The notes: generated by a model not told the origin, from the sequence alone. 64,000 nucleotides of DNA from Eledone cirrhosa (GCA_964016885.1 OZ024743.1:360964001-361028000); one strand, 5' to 3'. Shown: positions 11,634 to 25,528, counted from the stretch's first letter. Numbers and translations: made by a program.

Positions 11634-14630
11634 GGCGACCTACGTAGTAAATCGTATCATCGTGAGCTCCGCAAAGGTTTGTTATTTCCGTTTGTTAAAA
11701 ATTGCCATTTATGGAAAATTTTTATTGTTAACCATATATAAGCGCACATACATTGTTTTCCGAAAAGGACACCCAAAAAGATTGGGGCCTTGTGCCCAAA
11801 ATTTAAACTTTTATTATTATCAAAAAATTTCTTTGAAAAAAAATGGCTAATTAACCTCTGCACCAAGCAGCTGAAAGCCTTCCTCACAAATTATCACCTC
11901 ACACCGACACCACCATTGTAAATGTTACTACGTTTGCCAACACTACAAAAAATATAAGCAGTAGCAATATTTTAAATTTGTCTCAGGCAGACATTCATTT
12001 CCCGCCATTACCAATGACTGCAGGTGTTAAAGCCTCCACCACCACCACCACCGCGACAACCACCACCCCCACCGCCACCGCGACAACAGAAACAAAAGAA
12101 GAAAAAAATAAATTAACTCATGATGTCGAAATGAAATCAAGAAACATGGACTCTTCCCCACCAAAGACGACTGACGTCACCACCACCAAAACTGAAACTA
12201 AAATTAATATTAACACAAATAACGATAGCAACAACAACAATGACATTATAAAAACGACCGTTAGTTTTGCCAGAGTAGCAAAACAGTTCGAAGCATTTAC
12301 GGTAACTCAGGAGGATTTAGAAAATGCCAAACAAATGGTAAAGAAAGATGGGTACAGGGTCAGCCCCCCCCCCACCCACCTAATAAAATGGAGCATCGGC
12401 GCCTATGCACCGTGTCGTATCGAGCAATAAATGTAAAATCGCGCCGAGTGGAACAGGCATCCGAGTCCCAAATCCAAAAAGCTTTCGGACATGTGTGGGC
12501 AAGAAAAACCCACATCAGACGTGGGCAGAAGTATGGAACCGTGGACGTGTTCTTTGAAACACCAGAGGAGGCTAGAGAACACTCCATGGCCCCATTAAGA
12601 AGTGATGACTTCACACTCGTCCCAAGCTATTGTGGCCAGAGACTCGTAAAGATCAGGGTGACCCACGTTCCACCGGCCATCGAAATTCCCTGGTTAATAG
12701 CGGCCGTCCTCGCCGGCATCGAAGTCAACACAAAAATAATAGCAATAAGAAAAGTAAAGCAGGAAAACTGGTCCGGATCTGGGATGGAGCTCCCGATCCA
12801 AGCGGACCAGAAAAGCATTGAGGAGATCCTAGAGGTAATAGACCTCACTGACGGCAGCCACCTCACGGTAATTGTCGAGGGCAGAAGACCTAGGTGTGTC
12901 GTTTGTGGTGAAGGAACCCACCTAAGGGCTTTCTGTCCTCAGGCTAAAAGGTTGAGGCCACCTCTCCTACCCACCCCAGTGACACAACCATCAACACCAC
13001 CAGTAGCAGAAATGGCAGCAACAACTGTAGCAGCAACAACAGAAGCAACTATAACAGCAACAAGCCCAGCAACAGTAGCAAAACCAACACCACCACCACC
13101 ACCAGCAAAACAAACACCACAACCATCCAACACTTCAGAACTAGCACCAGCGCCTACACCATCCACCACGCCACAAGCAAAACTAACGCCTGTGGAGGAT
13201 TTTCCACTCCCCGGCCTATCACAACTGGAGACAGATTGTGACGACGAGGAGTGGGAAACGATATCCGGAAAAAAAAAAGAAACCAAAAAAGAAAAAATTC
13301 TCTTCCTTCCCCCTCCAAAAACAAAATACAGAGGGAAACAAATAAATTAAGAAACCAAAAAGTTAGGACAGATATGCCACCATCCACACCAGCATCACCA
13401 ACCCCATCAACCCAAACACCAACACCATCACCATCATTAACCCCAACACCACCATCACCTACACCACAAAAGTCACCAAAATGCGAAACAGAAACAAACC
13501 CACAACAAACGCAAACAAAACTAAACAACCAAAACGATACACACTACACAGCATTAAATTTGAACAACAAGCAATTATTACACTACATCCAACACAACAC
13601 CAGCATCACAGAAAAAGACTACACAACAACCCCAACATTCACAAGACCTCCACACATACAAATCACTCGCATCACACAGAAAACGTACATGACACTAAAA
13701 AAATAATTCCCCAAAGACATCGGAGACTTCCGACAAGCACTCTCCAGGAGGATTTATAAGGACATCCTTCCTGAGGAGGCCACAAGCAGTGAAAAGGATG
13801 GAAAAACCGTCCTTCCCCTACGAGAAGTAAGGTAAGTGGTCTTTCCCATCTTTTCCACTCCTTTTCAACATGACCTCACTCAGAATAGGCAGCATAAATG
13901 CGCGTGGCTTGGGGTCGTCATGGAAGCAGGGCCACCTACTCAACGACCTCAGGTCACTAAACATAGATGTAGTGGCGATCAGCGAGACCAGAATCTCCGA
14001 AGCACAGGCTTTCGCACCGATCTTCGGCGGCTACGATGTGTGCGCATCTCCCAGCCGTCCGGGATCGGGGGGAGGAGTTGCTGTGCTTTTTCGGAGAGGT
14101 TTGGATCTTGCCATACGGGCCATCTTCCTGGACCCAGAAGGTAAGTTGGTGGTGCTGGACGTGACCAGCGGAGACGGGCAAGCTTTCAGGTTAGTGGCCG
14201 TCTATGTCCCAACAGGAGCAGGGCGGCCTGATTTCTTCCGGCGTCTGGAGACCTTTCTTGGAACGTCCCGCTCTTTAGTGTTAGTGGGCGACTAGAACGG
14301 GATCTTAGATGCACGCTGGGATTGTGTGGGATTAGTGGATAGGGAAGGAGGGTGCAAGAGTCTCACCAACCTTCTCAGGCGTTTTGAACTGTCTGACAGG
14401 TACCGAATGGATTTCTGTGGTCTTTTAATGGGCTTTCTCCACAAATGTCCCTCGGAAGTCTCCCCCCTATTGGGGAATTTTTCTTTGTTATTTTATTTCA
14501 TCCTCTGTTTTTTTTTACACGCAGAAATGCCCATTTGTACCGTCCTGTATTGTCCTGTACTGTCCTTAATGTCTACTTTATGTAAACCCTTGTGGTTAAT
14601 AAAGAAAACATTATTATTATTATTATTATT
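11634..14630 (+). mobile_element. Tx1-clade LINE family A: intact 5' end, frameshifted ORF1, APE start, internal deletion to 3' UTR
   Basis: Starts GGCGACC right after (ATT)n. ORF1 pieces at 11978-13835 include CVVCGEGTHLRAFC. ORF2 starts at 13870 (MTSLRIGSINARGL..ISET..VYVP..LVGD, APE endonuclease). Jumps at 14415 to the 3' UTR; (TTA)n tail 14611-14630. Confidence 0.92.
12388..13706 (+). pseudogene. Tx1 ORF1, frameshifted at the A-run near 13270
   Basis: ORFs 12388-13350 and 13251-13706 together match the 439-aa ORF at 6539-7858. Confidence 0.8.
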
Positions 14631-15531
14631 GTTCTTTGAGTCTCAGTCATTGATGTTAGTTAACTGGAAAGTTTGTTGAAATGAATATCAAGCCACTACC
14701 TGCAGCCTCAGATATTCAGGACGTATCGGAGGGTTATTGCTGTTCCCAGCAAGCATGCCTTTTGAAGCGTTCCAAAAAGCGTGGCGGTGCCAATTTTTTT
14801 TAATCATCCTTGGAAACTTTTTGAGATAGTACCTAGTGCGCCTATGACAATTGGGACTACTTTGACTTCATGGCAGTTCCAAATCCTTTTTACCTCCCAC
14901 TTTAAGTCCTGGTATCGGTTAATTTTCTCCCTCTCCTTCTCTTGCACTCTCGTGTCGAATGGGCAAGCCACATCCACAATCAAGCACGATCTTTTTCCTT
15001 GTCCAAAACCACCAGGTCAGGTCTATTGTGTTCCAGTTGCTTGTCCGTCTGTATCCTAACATCCCACAGCACCTTCACCTTGTCGTTTTCTATCACCGAC
15101 TCTGGCATATGCGCACACCATTTCTCAGAATGTGGTAAATTGTTTACTTTGCATAGGTGCCAGTGGATCACCCTGCCCATCACATCATGTCTCCAGCCCT
15201 TATAGAGAGTCTGGTCTAGGTGTTTACACTCGGATACAATGTGAGCCACAGTCTCCTCTCTCTCTCCACAGATCCTGCACAGTGGGCTAGCCTCCTCCTT
15301 GTAAATATGGTGTTTCAACCACTTCGTTTTGAAGGCCTGCTCTTGCGCAGCCATTAACATTCCTTCTGTAGTCTTTTTAAGGTCTCCTCTTTTCAACCTG
15401 TTCCATGTCTGTGGATCTCTAAATTCAGTTTTCTCAAAGAAGGTACTATGAAGGGATTTTTCATGAAGGCTGCTCTTTCTCCTTGTTGTTATTTCCTCCT
15501 TGGACATCCCCTGTTCTATTGTCCTCTCCTT
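14631..15531 (-). mobile_element. R4/Dong-clade RLE LINE, 5'-truncated
   Basis: Reverse complement of about 8705-9610. CRICGEREETVAHIVSEC, RHD, RPDL. Shares the (TTA)n tract at 14611-14630 as its tail. Confidence 0.92.
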
Positions 15532-18500
15532 GCCATACGGGCCATCTTCCTGGACCCAGAAGGTAAGTTGGTGGTGCTGGGCGTGACCAGCGGAGAAGGG
15601 CAAGCTTTCAGGTTAGTGGCCGTCTATGCCCCGACAGGTGCAGGGCGGCCTGATTTCTTCCGGCGTCTGGAGACCTTTATGGAACGTCCCGCTCTTTAGA
15701 GTTAGTGGGCGACTGGAACGGGATCTTAGATGCACGCTGGGATTGTGTGGGATTAGTGGATAGGGAAGGAGGGTGCAAGAGTCTCACCACCCTGCTCAGG
15801 CGTGTTGAACTGTCTGACGGGTACCGAATGGATTTCCCGAATGTACCAATGTGGACTTGGACAAATCGCATAGGATCATCCAGATCATATCTAGATAGAG
15901 TATTTTGTAGGGAAATAGATAGGTCTAGCATAGGCTGTCCACAATTCAAGATAGTCAGCTACACGGACCACAAATTCGTGATCTGTGTGCTTGACTTAGA
16001 TAGGCTTCATAGACGAGGACACGGCCACTGGAAGCTAAACGCATCCTTACCAGCGCGCAAGGCCTACAGAGACCGGATTAGCGAACTAGTTAAGCGGGCG
16101 TTGACGGGGGCCATCGTCAACAACAAGTGGTGGTTTGCTCTGAAAAGAGCAATTAGAATAGAGTCCATTAGGTTTAGTAAGGCTTTAGCAATAGAGAAAA
16201 ATAGAGCAGAGGGAGAATTAGTTAGAAAATTAGACGAGGCGCTTAGCAAAGGCATCGCGACAGACGTACTTGCGGCGAAATTGGCCCTTGACCAATTCTT
16301 CAATGCAAAGCACGAAGTCTGCGTTGTTAGAGCTAGGTTTCGTGCTCTCAGACACGAGGGGACGAAAGCCGTTCAATGGGTCCGAGTGGCGTAGACGCGT
16401 CGTGGCAATAAAGCCACGATCCGGTCTTTGGTGGACCACGACGGGCGCATACTACTCGATCCCGGGCAAATGTGTGATGCTTTTCAGCGACACTTCGCTA
16501 AAACTGTTCGGGGGCAGTGGCGGGCCGAGGGATGGACTTTAGTGTCTACCTCGACGGACTGCCGCTGCTTTCGGCCACTGAGGCGGAGTGTTGCGAAAAG
16601 CCGATAACAACCGCTGAAGTACGGGAGGCAATGACTGGCTGCACAAGGGGTAAATCGTCTGGTTTAGATGGTCTGCCCTATGAACTTTACGTACAAATGC
16701 CAGACTTGTTCGGAGGCCTCTTGACGGACGTCTACTGCAACTGGCAACAGAACGGGAGAATTCCCAGCCTCTGTGAGCCGAGGAGCGGTGGCGCTGCTGA
16801 GAAAGGATCCGAACAAGTGCGATAACATAGATAATTTTAGGCCCAAAACTCTGCTAAACACAGAGTTCAAGATTTTGGCCAAGGTGCTAGCAAAGAGGTT
16901 GGCGCTTGCCGTTGGTGGTCTGGTGGGAGAGGCACAGACATGCGCCATTCCCGACAGATCCATCCACGACAACCTCCACCTCATGCGATACATCGTAGAG
17001 AGGGTAGCTAGGGAACCTGGCACGGGTGGGTCTTTGATCAATTTAGATCAGTCGAAAGCCTTCGATAGGGTCGACCATCGTTACCTAGCGGCAGTCCTGA
17101 GGGCGGCTGGCTTTGGGCCCATCTTCAGAGGCTGGATCGTTGCCATGCACAGCGACATCTGCTCTGTAGTGAGAGTGAACGGTCACCTTTCGGAACCGTT
17201 CAACATCATGCGCTCGGTCCGCCAAGGATGTCCACTCTCGTCCCTATTGTACGTATTGACTCTCGAGCCATTACTGCACAAACTGGAGACGTTGAGCGGG
17301 GTCCCGCGCGAACTAGGATGCGGAAGATCCGCGTCACCATATGCCGACGATGTCACCGTAGTGGTGTCGAACGCCAAACACATCGAGGCGATCGGCACTA
17401 CACTAAGTGAATACGAAGCGGTGACAGGAGCAATGATCAACCAGGAAAAGTCAGTGGGCCTGCAGCACGGCACCTGGAGAGGCAGGTCCATGCCGTCCAA
17501 CAGCGTCGTCGGGCGCTGAACGGACGGACCGGTTAAATTGCTAGGGGTCTGGTTCGGTCCAGACCTCCAGACGGACAAAAACTGGGACGAGGTGACGAGC
17601 AGGGTGGCTTCTCTCACCCAGAAATGGGCCGAGAGGAACCTATCCCTGAAAGGTCGAGCGGTGGTGGCTAACGCGTGCATCGCGTCCGTCATCTACTACC
17701 GCCTGACCGTCATACCTTGTACTAAGCCCCGCCTGACGGTGGAAGGGACGCGCTCCGATGGTCAGGCGGTCCATCTGCTGTCAACACCCGCTACGTGGAG
17801 GGCTGGGCGTGCCGTGGCTGATGATGCGCAAACACGCGCTCAGGCTACGACATCTCCACCTCTTCCTCGACGGTGATCAGGTGTGGTCGCCGTTTGCAAG
17901 ACACCTTTTTCCCCAGCTCGTCTCCTTGACGGAGCTGCAGTCCTGGGTCAAGCGAAGACCGAGAGGGAGCGCTTGGAGACTGGAATGTCTTCAGGCGCTC
18001 ACAGCCCTCGACCAATCGGGCAATGTGATCGGTGGAAACTCCACCTTGGCGTTCTATAGGGGATTAGTGGAGGGGAAGAGCGACGACGTACTTGGAGAAA
18101 CTCTAGGCGTCGACGAAAATCAACTAGCCAATCTCTTCGGAAGGACTTTCGGGCCGGGGCCTATGGACAACTTCCAGAAATCCCTGGCCTGGCAGTGCTA
18201 CCGAGGAGCTTTGCCAGTTCGGGATAAACTCTACAGGCATGGAGGTGCAGTCAGCCGGGCATGTCCGAGATGCGCGCAGGGCGACGAAACCGTCCTGCAC
18301 GCACTCGTCCAGTGTCCGAGCATTGCTGACTTGTGGGTTTATGTCGAACACCTGCTGTCCCGTGTAGGACGGATCCAGCTATCAGCTGAGTCCATCGTGA
18401 GGATTGCCCCGCCCCCTTCCTTTAGCCTGGAAGGGCAGGCAGTTTTTATCTGTCTGGTGGCCATGGCGAAAGAAATAGTATGGTGGACACGTTTGAAAGG

Positions 18501-18925
18501 GCTGAAGACGAGCACTTACCTCTTCGGCGATGCCCTGATTAACTTTTTCAAATTTCATTTGAAAAGGAAAATCAGGGTAGAGAGGGAAGTGCTCTCTTCC
18601 CAGCATTTTGTTGAAAGATGGGTGAGAGAAGCAAGTATGGCCCGAATGAATGGGCCTTCTCTGAGTATGTGTCTGTAAATTAAAGGTGGAAAACTGGGAG
18701 AAGGCACTTGCCCTGGTGGTCAGGGCCACTGTGGTCTTTTAATGGGCTTTCTCCACAAATGTCCCTTGGAAGTCTCCCCCCTATTGGGGAATTTTTCTTT
18801 GTTATTTTATTTCAACCTCTGTTTTTTTACACGCAGAAATCCCCATTTGTACCGTCCTGTATTGTCCTGTACTGTCCTTAATGTCTACTTTATGTGAACC
18901 CTTGTGGTTAATAAAGAAAACATTA

Positions 18926-18983
<58 letters not shown>
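15529..18983 (+). mobile_element. Tx1-clade LINE family A, 5'-truncated, near-complete ORF2 pseudogene (APE-RT-zinc finger), (ATT)n tail
   Basis: GDWN, YLDR, TDH, WKLN (APE); GLDG, FRP..LLN, LDQSKAFDRVDH, RQGCPLS, YADD (RT); CPRC..H..C. Several stops and frameshifts. Confidence 0.95.
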
Positions 18984-19477
18984 GCCAGCAACAGCAGCAA
19001 TACCAAGATAAAAAATATATATAATCTCACGTACTGCTACTTCTATTATTCATTTTCATCCCGATTGATTCCTTCTTTACTTTAATTAATTCCAGACCAT
19101 CTATTGATTACTGTTTTTGTGGTATTATTTTATAATATATTTGTTTTTGACGCTGTTGTGTTTTTGATGCCGTGTTGTAGTTGTGTTGGCAGGCTGTGGT
19201 GCTATCACTTGTTTATGTTTTGTAGTTTTTCTTTGTTTGCGTAGTTATTGGTTTGTTATGATTGTATTAGCTGATATTGATGTTGATGTTGTTGGGGTGG
19301 TGGTAGATGGATTGTTGTAGGGATATTGGGAACTTGCTGTTGATGTTATCGATGTTGTTGTTGTAGATGATGTTGCTTCATTACATATTTGAAAAGCGCA
19401 GGTTATTTCAGTCCATTCAATTCGGATTTGTTTGTCAGTTATTCGCTTTGTGTAAGTCTGTTTGTTTATGTTTCCAT

Positions 19478-19790
<313 letters not shown>

Positions 19791-20229
19791 GGTTGGCTGG
19801 ACGGGTCCTGTGTTGATTGGCTGATTGGCTGTGTTTGTTGGCTTGTGGGCTGGTTGTTTGGCTGTCTGAAAGGGAGGCTAAAGGTTTATCTGGTTGGATA
19901 GTTTACTGGTTGGTTGGTTAGGTAGCTGGTTGCCTGGTTGTTTGGTGATTGTATAGAATCTTGTTACTTTGGGGATCACTGTTTGTCTCATTACTTCACT
20001 TGTTTATGGTTGGAAAGAAAGGTGTGGCGTGTTGGCCATGTTTCTCCAAATGTATACAGTATGCAGCACACTGATGAATATGCTGGCTACTTATATATAT
20101 GACGAGTCTGCTCGCAACTTATACACACACACACATACACACACAGATACACACACACAACCATACACCCCCCTCCACACACACACACACACTCACACAT
20201 ATATATATATATGTTTATATATACTTTGT

Positions 20230-20352
20230 AATAAACAATACCCATGGTTTCACGAAGTCAGACGATTCTAACAGAGGCGTCTGAACCCGTTCATCAGATA
20301 GAAATCTTTAATTTGGATATCTGACTTCGTGAAACCTTGTGTAATGGAATAA
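20230..20352. repeat. Short element with terminal inverted repeats (MITE-like)
   Basis: Perfect 17-bp inverted repeat GGTTTCACGAAGTCAGA (20246-20262) / TCTGACTTCGTGAAACC (20320-20336), extending imperfectly outward. Confidence 0.7.
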
Positions 20353-20445
20353 TTATATTGTGTTGTTTATTACACAATTAAATAGCTCTGAACTATACAT
20401 AGAACACTCTCTTTCCTTTACCTTTACCTTTTCTACGGAAATACT

Positions 20446-20558
<113 letters not shown>

Positions 20559-21399
20559 TAGCGATGATATTTATGATTGTGTTGAATACTATATAACTTT
20601 GGAGAAAAATGGCCAACACATATATATACAGTAGTGAAGGGGACAGTGTGCTCAATGCGTATCAGATGCCAGATATGTGAAGAATGTGAGTAAGCCAGAG
20701 AAATAAGGTGAACCAAAAAATTGTATAAGCGACGCTTTCATATATAAATTAAATGTTAGAGAAAACAATACCAAATTCTTGAACATATCTAAACTATAAT
20801 AAAGTAAGGAGTGCGGGACTGCGTACGGTTTATATCTTTTAATCCAGTTAGTAAAATAATTTGGATTACTTTGAATAAATAATGAATGAATATTACATAA
20901 TATATGTATTAAATTTCGTAAATATAAATAATTTAAAATTGACTTCTTTTCAAAGTTTCAAATTTCTACACTTCCGGTATATCGTCGCCACCACCACCAC
21001 TTCAATTGCCATATATATAGAAAGAAAGAGTATTGGATGAGAGAGATAGAGTAATTATGATTTTCTACACACTGATGCGTATGATTGTGCACATTCATAC
21101 ATCTATATGTTTATATAACTATAATCGCGCAAACACAAACTTATAAAAAAAACACGGATATACATTCAGATAAATACACATACTTTCACACATTTACATG
21201 TAGACAAACACACACATGCAGTCATGATAGCGTTCGGTGAATTGGAAATGGGAGGGTAAAAGTACAACATTTTATTTATTTATTAACAACACTGTTTAAG
21301 TTTGTTTTTTTTAAACTCATTTGTATAAAATATTTAATATAATGATTACAGAACGAAAACACTAACAAATATAATATATACAAAGGAAAGGGAAAGCAA

Positions 21400-21965
21400 A
21401 AAAGAAAGAAAAAAGTACACAAGCACGTAATACACACATCTTAGACCACACAGAACAATATGCAGGCGAAAGGGTGGAAAAAAAGGCTACCAGAACAAAA
21501 GACAACAATATAGCGAAGAGCGTTGCGAAACCTCTAATAACTTTTGAAGCAAGCCAGCACACTTGCAGCGTTACCTGGGGTGATGGCGAGGTTGAGGTGC
21601 TGGAACGAGCATCACCAGTTACCTCTGTTTGGCGAGACACCAGTGAAGATAAGAACCTCACTGTCAGTAGCCCGACTTCCCCAAACGTCTCGAACACCAC
21701 AGGCTGGATAATGTAGTTAGCTGACATAACACGGTATTTTAGGATTTTGTTCTGTTCAGCTGCGGATGCTGTAGCTCTCGCCCTTACCGCTGCATCCAGA
21801 ATGTGGGAAGGTGCAAAAGAGTCACTAAATGTGACGTCCCAGGTAAGGCACCTGCCTCTTGACCAGGAGCACAGAGTAAGAGCGTCAAGTCTTTTCACAT
21901 CAATTCTGGACAACTCAGACGGTTCAAAAAATTGAGGGGATATTTGCCCGGGCCAAAGCACTTGA
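21400..21965 (-). mobile_element. CRE-like RLE non-LTR retrotransposon 3' fragment
   Basis: EP..L.R.D.KRLDALTL..WSRGRCLTWDVT..D..APSH...AE..K..KY....PVVFETFG matches the CRE-type restriction-like endonuclease pattern. Confidence 0.75.
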
Positions 21966-23342
21966 GTGGCACGATTTCGTCGGTGTTCTTAAATTAGAGA
22001 CGTGTGTGTGTGTCATTGTTTTTAACTTAGAGACATATATGTGTGTATCCCTTTCCTTCCTTTTACACACACATATATTCACACAAACACAAGTAGTTAG
22101 AGAAGTTCAAGGATGTTGGAGCCGTGAGTGATGGTATGCAGGAGACTGAATTAATGCAAGAATTGCAAAATGCAAAATGCAGTAATGCGCCAGCCTCAGC
22201 ATTCAGCAATCAGAAGAATGGGGTAGGTGTAAAAGCCAAACTCGCTGTCTTCTTGGTATATATATATATATATCACGTCCCGATATCTCAACATTTTCAC
22301 CTTGTCACCTGCACTCCTGTTGCTGTCATTTCCAGAATATGTGAGGGATGCATGCTGTCATATAATTTGCTCACCTGTGCCACCTACCAAGTGACTCATG
22401 CTCAAGGGAATATTCGTGACGACCGTGTTATTTCAAATCCGGCAAAACTGTCATCCATGCCTTGGCCCATGAATTTATTTGAGAGTGAAAGAGTGAGGAA
22501 GAAAAGAAACAGGTAAAAGACTGAGATATAGAGATATAAAGATTAGGAAATTTGCAAACCATTATACCTGGAGAGAAAACAAACGTTCAGACGACTGATA
22601 TAGAGCGAAGAGTGTAGAATGAAGTATAATAAGGTAGAATGACAGAGTTTGAAGAGAAAGTGAGACATAAGACACACAGGCATAGAGCAAAATAGATAGT
22701 TAGAGAGATTGAGAGGGACATTGTCTACGAGAGGACAAAGAAGAAGAAAAAAATTAAGTACTTGACAAGATCTATTTTATGCTTCAGAAAATGTACTTGG
22801 AAATATTTGGATATTGATTCAAGGACTCTAACTCAATAGAAGTGTATTGTATTTGCATTCTTTTCCATCGGATCCTCATGAAATAACTATAAGCACATTG
22901 CTGATTACAGGCACTCAGGCAGGCATACAGCTTTAAATACATCATACGCTGTATGCCATTGCGTGCATACAAACAAAGGAACAATGTCACGTGACGCGTT
23001 AAACATAATGGTCGAAAATGATTATAGCAAATCATTTTGTTATTGTGATTGGATTTATGATGAAGCTACACAAGGTATGTATAAAATGTATACGTGTATA
23101 TGTATGAATATAAACACATAAACACAAACCCAGAAACATACACTCACACACACCTACATTCTCACGCACAGGCAATCGTGCAAACCTACGCATAAATATG
23201 ACCTGGTGCTTCTGCACACGAGTCTCCATATGCGGCTCTTGCATAAGTATACTATTTAGATTTGGTAATATTGATTTATAATAATATTTAGAAGTATTAG
23301 CGCATGTAACAAAACACCTCATACTATGCTTGTGCGAATGGA

Positions 23343-23452
<110 letters not shown>

Positions 23453-23469
23453 AATATATATCACGCACC

Positions 23470-24030
23470 TGCTTTCTGGGAATATTCCTGTTCTGCTGCC
23501 AATTGCAGTAGATCGCTTCGAGGTGATCAGAGAACAAGTCAAGCAGTCTACATATAGTGATCTGTAAGCGTACATCATCATCTCGGCTGCAGTTATCGCC
23601 CTTTCGCAGCGCTCCGCATCGGCTGGCGAGAGACGCGGTACGCCGTTGAGGTAGAGACAGACGTCCGCCACCGTCTTCATCTCACCACTGCCCCCGAACA
23701 GACGAGGACAAAGCTGGCGAAAGGCCTCACGCATCTGCCTGGAACGTTCGGCTCGCGTCCGTCTCGATCCGTCAATGACCGAATTGTGGTTTTCATACCA
23801 CGCTGCACCACTTCCACGCGGGCCCATAGAAGAGCTTTGGTTTTCTCTTTTCTAAGAGCACGCGCCTTACCTCTGACAATGCAACCTTCGTGTTACGCAT
23901 TGAAGAAATGGTTTAATCCCATTCTCACCGCTAGCACGTCAGTTGCAATGCCATTGCAAATAGCCTCATCTAATTTAGCTACCACAACTCCATCCTGTTT
24001 TATCTAAAGTTAATCCTTTGCTAAAAACCT
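23470..24030 (-). mobile_element. Old Tx1-clade ORF2 fragment
   Basis: Similar to 56930-57480 (NA.HEGCIVR, CER.IT, YCNWQQN..IP). Confidence 0.8.
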
Positions 24031-24499
24031 CTTTTGAGACTCTATAGTGCAGACTTGACTGGCTAGATGTTATTAAGAGCAACATTAACATAGCATGATA
24101 TAGAATAGAATTGGAAACGGAACACATATTTTACAAATCTCTTAAATGCACCACCAATTATAGCTAGTAGAGAAAATATCCCTGTTAAACATGATTTCAA
24201 CATTAACACTCAGGCTGAAATTTAGACGGCTATTAAATGTTGATGAGCTTCCATATGCAGACGATATCGGCCTGTTGGGGATTGAATTTGAAATCAGTCA
24301 AAAATAATATGACACACAGTCCTCTACAATTAAATATGTTAATTAACACAAATTAAAGAATCAGGTATGCTACCACCAAACCTTGAATTGAAGAAGGGCA
24401 GTCCCTCCATGCTTCTCAGAATCTTGGATCAGCGTATGGTTGTGACTGACCAAGAGCCTCACATTTTTGAAGGCAAATTCATCACTGAATGCAGCTAAT

Positions 24500-24695
24500 A
24501 CAAACGATTGCAATTCCCAATGAGAGTCAGTTACGCAATGACCATTAACACGTACCAAGGTCATACCCTTCAGGTTGTCGGTTTCCATTTAAAAGAGGGT
24601 TGTTTCTCACATGGTCAATTATAAGTAACTAAAAGCCCCACAACCTCTTAATATACGCCCCAGAGAAAAACATTGTCTATACTGAAGTTCTTTAA
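24500..24695 (+). mobile_element. Helitron PIF1-helicase C-terminal fragment
   Basis: Translates KRLQFPMRVSYAMTINTYQGHTLQVVGFHLKEGCFSHGQL*V...KNIVYTEVL*, matching the Helitron FP..FAMTINKSQGQT..FSHGQLYVA..NIVY.EVL pattern. Not in the ORF track. Confidence 0.85.
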
Positions 24696-25470
24696 ATACT
24701 TCATAATTTTCATAAAATACATTGTTATTACTTTATTATGTATCGCATTCTTTTCCGAAAATGGAATGGGGTGGGAAGGGGGAAACCTCCCATTTTCCGA
24801 GCCTCCGAAATTCCTTCAGTGAAATTAACAGAGATGGGAAGGGAGCGGGGACACTCGGAATTACCGATAAACACCTCTCAGTCATTTCAATTCATATGTC
24901 ATCATTCTGTTGATAAATAATATTTTGATCTTCCGTCATTTTGTACTGCTGTGGAAAGCGTTGTAAGCTTAATTAATAAAGTGTTCCCTAATTTCCAAAT
25001 TAGCTCTTCCAATGAGGAGTGACTGTATGAGAGAGCAATCCTTTCTCTCCAAAACATCAGTGGATGCCATGAATAAAATCTCTCATAAATAATCCCTGGA
25101 GTTAGCCAGACCAATAAATCTATCGACACAGAAATCATTGTATCTAGTGAAGTTCCGTAAATGCTTTATACTTTTCTGAGAATAAATTTTATTTTTCAGT
25201 TCTTTATTATTTTCTGTATTTAGATATTCTAAATAATTTTTTTCAATTATATTACGCAATATTTTAATACCTTAACTTGGCTGGCCTTGTTGACAAATAA
25301 GGTCATTCGGTCTGACTAACGACAGCTATGCTAGCCAATGAGAATAAGTTACTTGTGACTCGCTTGAACTACCATTGTATTTATCTGAGTACTTCCTCTT
25401 TCTTCTTCTCTTTCACTGTAGATTATTGAACTAAACCTTCCTGCTACATGAAGACACGCCTTTCAAGCTC

Positions 25471-25528
<58 letters not shown>

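Noticed and set aside
11634-11710. HDV-like ribozyme at the Tx1 5' end
   Set aside because: P1/P3/P1.1 nested pseudoknot could not be built in either family.
20240-20340. Hammerhead on the minus strand (CUGAUGA...GAAAC)
   Set aside because: No stem I pairing; better explained as a TIR element.
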